64,000 nucleotides of DNA from Gammaproteobacteria bacterium (lineage in GTDB: Bacteria > Pseudomonadota > Gammaproteobacteria > Pseudomonadales > IMCC2047), in the NCBI GenBank assembly GCA_021773395.1, contig JAJFKB010000004.1:26087-90086 (forward strand). The letters are read 5' to 3'. Below, in pieces: positions 63,048 through 64,000 of this stretch (the stretch's first letter is position 1; every line of letters starts with the position of its first letter). Position numbers and translations under genes: made by a program. The notes beneath the pieces were generated by a model. The model did no database searches. It was not told where the DNA came from and was given only the letters and a program-made list of their open reading frames with translations.

Positions 63048-63878
63048 TCAATCCATGATCTGAAAACAGTCTGAAGTTACCTGAATTAGCCGGTCAGCAT
63101 GGCTAATTTCCTGTGTAGACCAGAATTGTGCGCCTTCTGCTCTAATAACTTTCACTTCCTTTCCCGCAGCGCTCCAGTCATCGATGATTCGCTGTGCCGG
63201 CAACGGTATGATCCTTTCAGAGTTCGAGAGTTCAAACCAGAATATGCTTTTAACGGAACCGGCCATTAGCTCCGCCAATGTCAGACTGCAAATATCATTG
63301 TATAATTTTTTCGGCAACTCATACCCTGCTACCTCTAACATACCCTCGGTGGCCAGTTGCTCTTGCAATTGCGCAACCGTTTCCTTTCCGGAATTTCCGA
63401 CCAGGCTGGCGGCAAGCCGTAACCTCAAAAACTGCGCCATTAGTAGTTTGCCATTTAATACCGGATTCCAGAAAATAAGATTGTCCAACCGGTGCTGCCC
63501 GCTATGCGCAACTACTGCAGCCATGAGACAACCGAATCTAAGCCCCCAAAGGCTGACTTCGGCGCCGGTTTTATTCGTTAACCAATCAATGCCGGCTCTA
63601 ATATTACATAGCCATTTTTCCAAAGTCGCTTCGGCAAACGCACCAAAGCTATCTCCGGTGCCACAGTAGTCAATAATGAGCACCCCAAACCCCTCTGACG
63701 CAAAGGCCCTCGCCTGCTTTGCTATCATGTGGCGGGATCTGTTCATCTCCTCGCCAAAAGCCGGAACATGGAGGATTGCGCCGCGGCAAGCCTTTTCATT
63801 CATAGGGGGAAAATAGATGGCGTAGACAGGAGTACCGGACTTATCGAGAAAAAAAGGTTGTGGAACTGGCGACAGCAA
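63048..63878 (-). CDS. alpha/beta-hydrolase-fold protein, partner 'hydrolase' of the exosortase-A-associated pair, with Arg at the nucleophile position
   Basis: 276 aa. HVPAFGEEMNRSRH, DYCGTGDS, elbow LWGLRFGCLMAA. The TTG start lies 2 nt after the upstream ACP stop. Confidence 0.7.
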   Translation of the reverse strand: MLSPVPQPFFLDKSGTPVYAIYFPPMNEKACRGAILHVPAFGEEMNRSRHMIAKQARAFASEGFGVLIIDYCGTGDSFGAFAEATLEKWLCNIRAGIDWLTNKTGAEVSLWGLRFGCLMAAVVAHSGQHRLDNLIFWNPVLNGKLLMAQFLRLRLAASLVGNSGKETVAQLQEQLATEGMLEVAGYELPKKLYNDICSLTLAELMAGSVKSIFWFELSNSERIIPLPAQRIIDDWSAAGKEVKVIRAEGAQFWSTQEISHADRLIQVTSDCFQIMD

Positions 63879-63880
63879 TT

Positions 63881-64000
63881 TTAAATTCTCTCAGCGACAA
63901 AATCGACAAGTCTGCTTACCGTTTCAAAAATCGAGGCATCCACTTCATCATCATCAATGATAATTCCATATTGCTCTTCAATATAGGTTAGCACCGTAAC
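63881..64000 (-). CDS. acyl carrier protein, C-terminal part (the gene continues beyond the window)
   Basis: Hand translation of the minus strand gives ...VTVLTYIEEQYGIIIDDDEVDASIFETVSRLVDFVAERI-stop (TAA at 63883-63881). This is the helix II-IV pattern of carrier proteins. Confidence 0.65.
   Translation of the reverse strand, partial: VTVLTYIEEQYGIIIDDDEVDASIFETVSRLVDFVAERI

Noticed and set aside
1-64000. CRISPR arrays, rRNA genes, intact prophage or intact IS elements
   Set aside because: The only tandem repeats seen are two-copy 14-15-bp duplications. No repeat-spacer periodicity, rRNA-like sequence or complete transposase/integrase ORF was found.
42713-64000. Exosortase (XrtA) or PEP-CTERM-tagged proteins within the EPS-type region
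   Set aside because: None of the ORFs here ends with a PEP-x-hydrophobic-helix-basic tail or looks like the polytopic exosortase. The locus assignment rests only on the accessory genes, and the core genes, if present, must lie beyond 64000.

Overview
This is a chromosomal segment of a gammaproteobacterium. That call rests on gene content and order: tusDCBE, slyD, nfo, ptsP, dps, acs, the divergent tesA/ybbA-ybbP pair, and a tRNA Gly-Cys-Leu cluster. The first ~42.6 kb is mostly housekeeping. Its notable parts are: two tandem XylR/DmpR-type sigma-54 activators; a decayed integration scar at tRNA-Ser (integrase and acyl-CoA dehydrogenase 3' remnants); a brnTA toxin-antitoxin pair; a RIO-type kinase; a GNAT/nitrilase fusion; a Fur-box-controlled cytochrome c/FTR1 iron permease; an orphan PqqD-like + GT2 fusion protein next to a small gene with a sigma-54-type promoter; and a 6S-like structured RNA candidate. 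From 42.7 to 64 kb the window enters an exopolysaccharide / exosortase-A-type accessory locus, although no exosortase or PEP-CTERM protein is visible here. That region contains: (i) a minus-strand cassette of a secreted orphan protein, a PqqD-family protein, an HPr-kinase-related kinase and a PF14907-type nucleotidyltransferase; (ii) a trypsin-like protease, an amber-interrupted dgkA and a 1081-aa VanZ/O-antigen-ligase-like fusion; (iii) an IS110 transposase remnant at the strand switch; (iv) an AMP-ligase and a PLP-decarboxylase facing an ACP / two-hydrolase / glycosyltransferase block; (v) between those two blocks, a cassette of an AAC(3)-like gene, FkbH, a second ACP, a MaoC-SDR fusion and an alpha/alpha-barrel protein. 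Three small repeat families are present: GAGAyCTTTGCATAA-ended MITE-like elements, a 48-bp palindromic module, and CCCTCTCCC...GGGAGAGGG REP-like units. No CRISPR array or rRNA was seen. All calls come from reading motifs by eye in the supplied translations and sequence. No database search was run, and family accession names are recalled from memory.
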